Origin: an uncultured Planctomycetales bacterium
Lineage (GTDB): Bacteria; Planctomycetota; Phycisphaerae; UBA1845; PWPN01
Length of the DNA stretch: 61,552 bases
Assembly (NCBI GenBank): GCA_964642815.1
Contig: CAZXSA010000001.1
Coordinates: forward strand, 1-61,552
Direction of reading: 5' to 3'
Position 1 is the stretch's first letter. Every line of letters starts with the position of its first letter. Below the pieces are notes generated by a model. The model made no database searches, was not told the origin of the DNA, and was given only the letters and a program-made list of their open reading frames with translations. Made by a program: the position numbers and the translations under genes. Positions 59,079-61,552 of the stretch are shown here, piece by piece.

Positions 59079-60886
59079 TCGAAACACCTGTTGATATGGG
59101 CCTGGTCCGACGGGCGGGTCAACAAGCTTACCACCAAGGCGACCAGGCAGGACAAAGGCAAGGCCACGACGATCGGATCGACCACCGGCCAGTTGGGATA
59201 CTCGGCCAGGATGCTCGATTTCCCGTTGGTCAGTAATTGCACAAGGCCGATGGACTCCGCCTCCTTGGCTTTGACCAGCAGCAACCATAAGGCGGTGACA
59301 ACGAACCCCGTCAGCATCGAGGCGATTGCCGCCGCCCGCGTCATGCGTTTGAAAAACAAACCACCCAAATACGCGGGCAGGAAGGCGGAGGAACAAAGCC
59401 CGAAAAAGATGGCCGTCGCTCGGGCGATGATGTAACCGCCGCGAGCGTAGTAGGCGATGACACCGGCCAGAACAATGCCCAGAATAATGCCGATACGGTT
59501 GACCCCGATGCTGCCGCCGTGCGTTCCGGTCAGTTGCTCGTACACATCGCGGCTGATACTCGTACCCAGGGCGTGGAACTGGCTGGCCAAGGTACTCATG
59601 GCCGCGGCCAACAGAGTCAAAAGAAATAACAGGCCGAACCAGGAAGGCATGGCGTGGGTGATGTAGGCCGGGATAATCTGGTCGGAATTGCCTCCGGCAT
59701 AGACGATGGCGACACTGCGCCCCCGAACGATGCCCGACTCGGACGTGCCGCCGGGCGATTCCCCGGGGGCCGTCTCCGTCCGGTCAAGCACGGCCGGGAC
59801 TTGTTTGCCCTCGATATCCACCCATTGCCCCGTTTCGTCCCGCCGAGTCAGTTGGAGAACGACCTGCCCCTTGTCCGCGTCCAAGGTCTTAATTACCCGA
59901 CCGGCGAGCAGGTCTCCGTGCTTGACGAAGTAGGCGTTGGACAGGCTGCCCACGACGTAGGCGGTACCGGGAATCACGAAGATGAACAGCCCGCCGATCA
60001 GCACGCCGCGGTTGAGCTGCTGGCGGCTTTTGACAGTCATGAAACGCACGACCAGTTGCGGCTGAGCAAGAACGCCGACCCCCACGCCGAGAGTAATCGT
60101 GCCGACCACGATCCACCAGAGGTCATAACCCGCTTCGCCAAATCCAAAAGAGGGGAACGCGGTCCAGCCGTTATGCCCCATGTTTTTCAGCGTGGGGGGG
60201 ACCAGGGGAGTCAGTTCGGTTAGTTGGCGGTGGCCCTCGCTGACCCCGCCGACCAGGTGGTAACCATAGCCGAGAAGAATCAGCATGCCGATGAACATGA
60301 TCGTACCTTGAAAGGCTTCGGTATACATTACGCCTTTGAGGCCACCGGCCACCACGTAGGCGGCGGTGACCACGGTGAAGACGGCCAGAGCGGCGTGATA
60401 GTCGATCTCGAATTGGGCGGCAATGAACTCCGTCCCACCGATGAGCACGGCACCGGCGTAGAGCGGAATAAAAACAAAGATGATGGCTCCGGCCAACACC
60501 TGGATAAAGCGGCTCTGGTAACGGCGACCAAGCAGCTCGGGGAAGGTGTGGGCATTCAACCGATGCCCCAGCCGACGGGTCGGTCCGCCGAGAAACACGA
60601 AAGCCAGGAAAATGCCCACGAAGATATTGAGAAAAACCAGCCAGAGCAGGCTCATGCCGAACAGGCCGGCCACCCCGCCGAAACCGACGATCGCGCTGGT
60701 GGAGATAAACGTCGCCCCGTAACTGGTGGCCATCACGAACGGATGCGTGCCGCGTCCGGCGAGCAGGTAATCGGTGGCGGTCCGCGTTCGATGGTAGCCC
60801 AGCCAACCGAGATAGCCGATGATTCCGAGATAAATGATGACCAGGAGGATTTCCCAGAAGTCGATACTCTGCGCCAATAACAACAC
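59075..60886 (-). CDS. sodium:solute symporter family (SSF) transporter
   Basis: About 13 hydrophobic segments. LAGRGTHPFVMATSYGATFISTSAIVGFGG is a typical SSF N-terminal block. Confidence 0.85.
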   Translation of the reverse strand: MLLLAQSIDFWEILLVIIYLGIIGYLGWLGYHRTRTATDYLLAGRGTHPFVMATSYGATFISTSAIVGFGGVAGLFGMSLLWLVFLNIFVGIFLAFVFLGGPTRRLGHRLNAHTFPELLGRRYQSRFIQVLAGAIIFVFIPLYAGAVLIGGTEFIAAQFEIDYHAALAVFTVVTAAYVVAGGLKGVMYTEAFQGTIMFIGMLILLGYGYHLVGGVSEGHRQLTELTPLVPPTLKNMGHNGWTAFPSFGFGEAGYDLWWIVVGTITLGVGVGVLAQPQLVVRFMTVKSRQQLNRGVLIGGLFIFVIPGTAYVVGSLSNAYFVKHGDLLAGRVIKTLDADKGQVVLQLTRRDETGQWVDIEGKQVPAVLDRTETAPGESPGGTSESGIVRGRSVAIVYAGGNSDQIIPAYITHAMPSWFGLLFLLTLLAAAMSTLASQFHALGTSISRDVYEQLTGTHGGSIGVNRIGIILGIVLAGVIAYYARGGYIIARATAIFFGLCSSAFLPAYLGGLFFKRMTRAAAIASMLTGFVVTALWLLLVKAKEAESIGLVQLLTNGKSSILAEYPNWPVVDPIVVALPLSCLVALVVSLLTRPSDQAHINRCFE

Positions 60887-60988
60887 TCAACCTCCTTCAG
60901 GTCATCAGATCGAAAGGCACACGGTCATTAGATTCGGAAACGGAACAACGCTTCATGGCTCACGTCGCCGGTGATCCCCCGCGAAGCA

Positions 60989-61162
60989 TTACGAGAAATT
61001 CTCCTCGACTTCCTTCTCCTCGGCGGCCCAGCGAACGTCGTCGGCGTCGGTGTCCTCGGCCCCGCGATTCCAATTGACCAGGCCGTAGATCACGCACAGC
61101 AGGACCGCTGCAATACAGAGCAGATAACCCAACAGAACATACGGATCGTCAATACCCAGCAA
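60989..61162 (-). CDS. symporter small accessory protein (57 aa, TTG start); absent from the supplied ORF track
   Basis: Manual translation of the minus strand: LLGIDDPYVLLGYLLCIAAVLLCVIYGLVNWNRGAEDTDADDVRWAAEEKEVEENFS. GGAGGA lies 6 nt upstream of the TTG. The single TM followed by NWN.G matches the small proteins commonly encoded just upstream of SSF symporters. Confidence 0.6.
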   Translation of the reverse strand: MLGIDDPYVLLGYLLCIAAVLLCVIYGLVNWNRGAEDTDADDVRWAAEEKEVEENFS

Positions 61163-61458
61163 AACAAATCCTCCGATCGGCGTTTCCGATAATCATGCGG
61201 TATCATCGACAAAAACGCTGTTTTCTGGTTAGAGCTTTCCTTGCGTGGCCGGTATCATAGATGCATGAAGGGGCGCGTGGTATCACTTATTTTAGCCACC
61301 CGCCGGCACAATAATTAAATTGAGTCATGAAGTCCGGGCCGTGGGTCGGCGCCCCGGTTTTGATCTTCACCGGTGAATCTGGTATCAAAAGCCAGAATGG
61401 GGCGACGATCGGTATGGAGTCGCGGAAGCGCGCTATTTTCCCCGACGGAGCAACGGTT

Positions 61459-61552
61459 ATGAGCGCCGATCAGCGGGTGCATACCACCCTGGTTCGCGTG
61501 CGTTACAGCGAGACGGACCAGATGGGCACGTTCTACAATTCCCGTGCCCTGG
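61459..61552 (+). CDS. acyl-CoA thioesterase, 4HBT/YbgC-like (5' fragment, runs off the window)
   Basis: MSADQRVHTTLVRVRYSETDQMGTFYNSRAL matches the hot-dog thioesterase N-terminus (RVRYxDTDxxGxVYH). An in-frame ATG at 61327 is an alternative start. Confidence 0.5.
   Translation, partial: MSADQRVHTTLVRVRYSETDQMGTFYNSRAL

Overview
High-GC (roughly 60 percent by eye) bacterial chromosomal window. The module repertoire (PEP-CTERM tail, dockerin-like tails, prepilin-type N-terminus, zinc-ribbon membrane protein, TAT-exported Gfo/Idh/MocA enzyme) suggests a Planctomycetota/PVC-type genome; this is inference only. Layout: (1) 19-15270, minus strand: a Wzy-type exopolysaccharide locus. It holds a sulfotransferase, methyltransferase, Wzy-like polymerase, GT26 transferase, Wza, a priming phosphoglycosyltransferase fused to an NTP-transferase/LbH domain, a Wzc-type tyrosine autokinase, a second NTP-transferase/LbH protein and a heparinase II/III-like protein. 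An IS200 copy interrupts it. (2) 16115-25009, plus strand: a cell-surface locus with a 7-bladed propeller, a 1531-aa adhesin-like protein with six tandem repeats, and two paralogous cohesin-like proteins, one ending in a dockerin-like tail and the other in a PEP-CTERM anchor. (3) An orphan NusG paralogue and a 775-aa polytopic membrane protein. (4) A pilin gene, then pilM-pilN-histidine kinase-response regulator-HD-GYP chained by 4-nt start/stop overlaps. (5) An amidohydrolase, a 17-copy heptanucleotide microsatellite, tRNA-Leu(GAG), and a REP-like hairpin array next to a RAYT-type Y1 transposase. (6) uxuA, a glycyl-radical enzyme activase and a glycyl-radical enzyme of unknown substrate, and membrane/outer-membrane proteins. 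(7) An MCP (extracytoplasmic CZB motif plus Cache), a REC-less CheB, a CheY-like protein and a hybrid kinase with Hpt. (8) A TAT oxidoreductase, a secreted ADP-ribosylglycohydrolase-fold protein with a dockerin-like tail, and a minus-strand operon of small accessory protein, Na+/solute symporter, alginate-export-type porin and DHDPS-family lyase. The best candidate for a new system is the cohesin-like/dockerin-like surface-assembly locus; the second is the pilMN-two-component-HD-GYP operon. Many long ORFs in the track are antisense shadows typical of GC-rich DNA and were rejected. All family assignments come from motif recognition by eye; no database search was possible.
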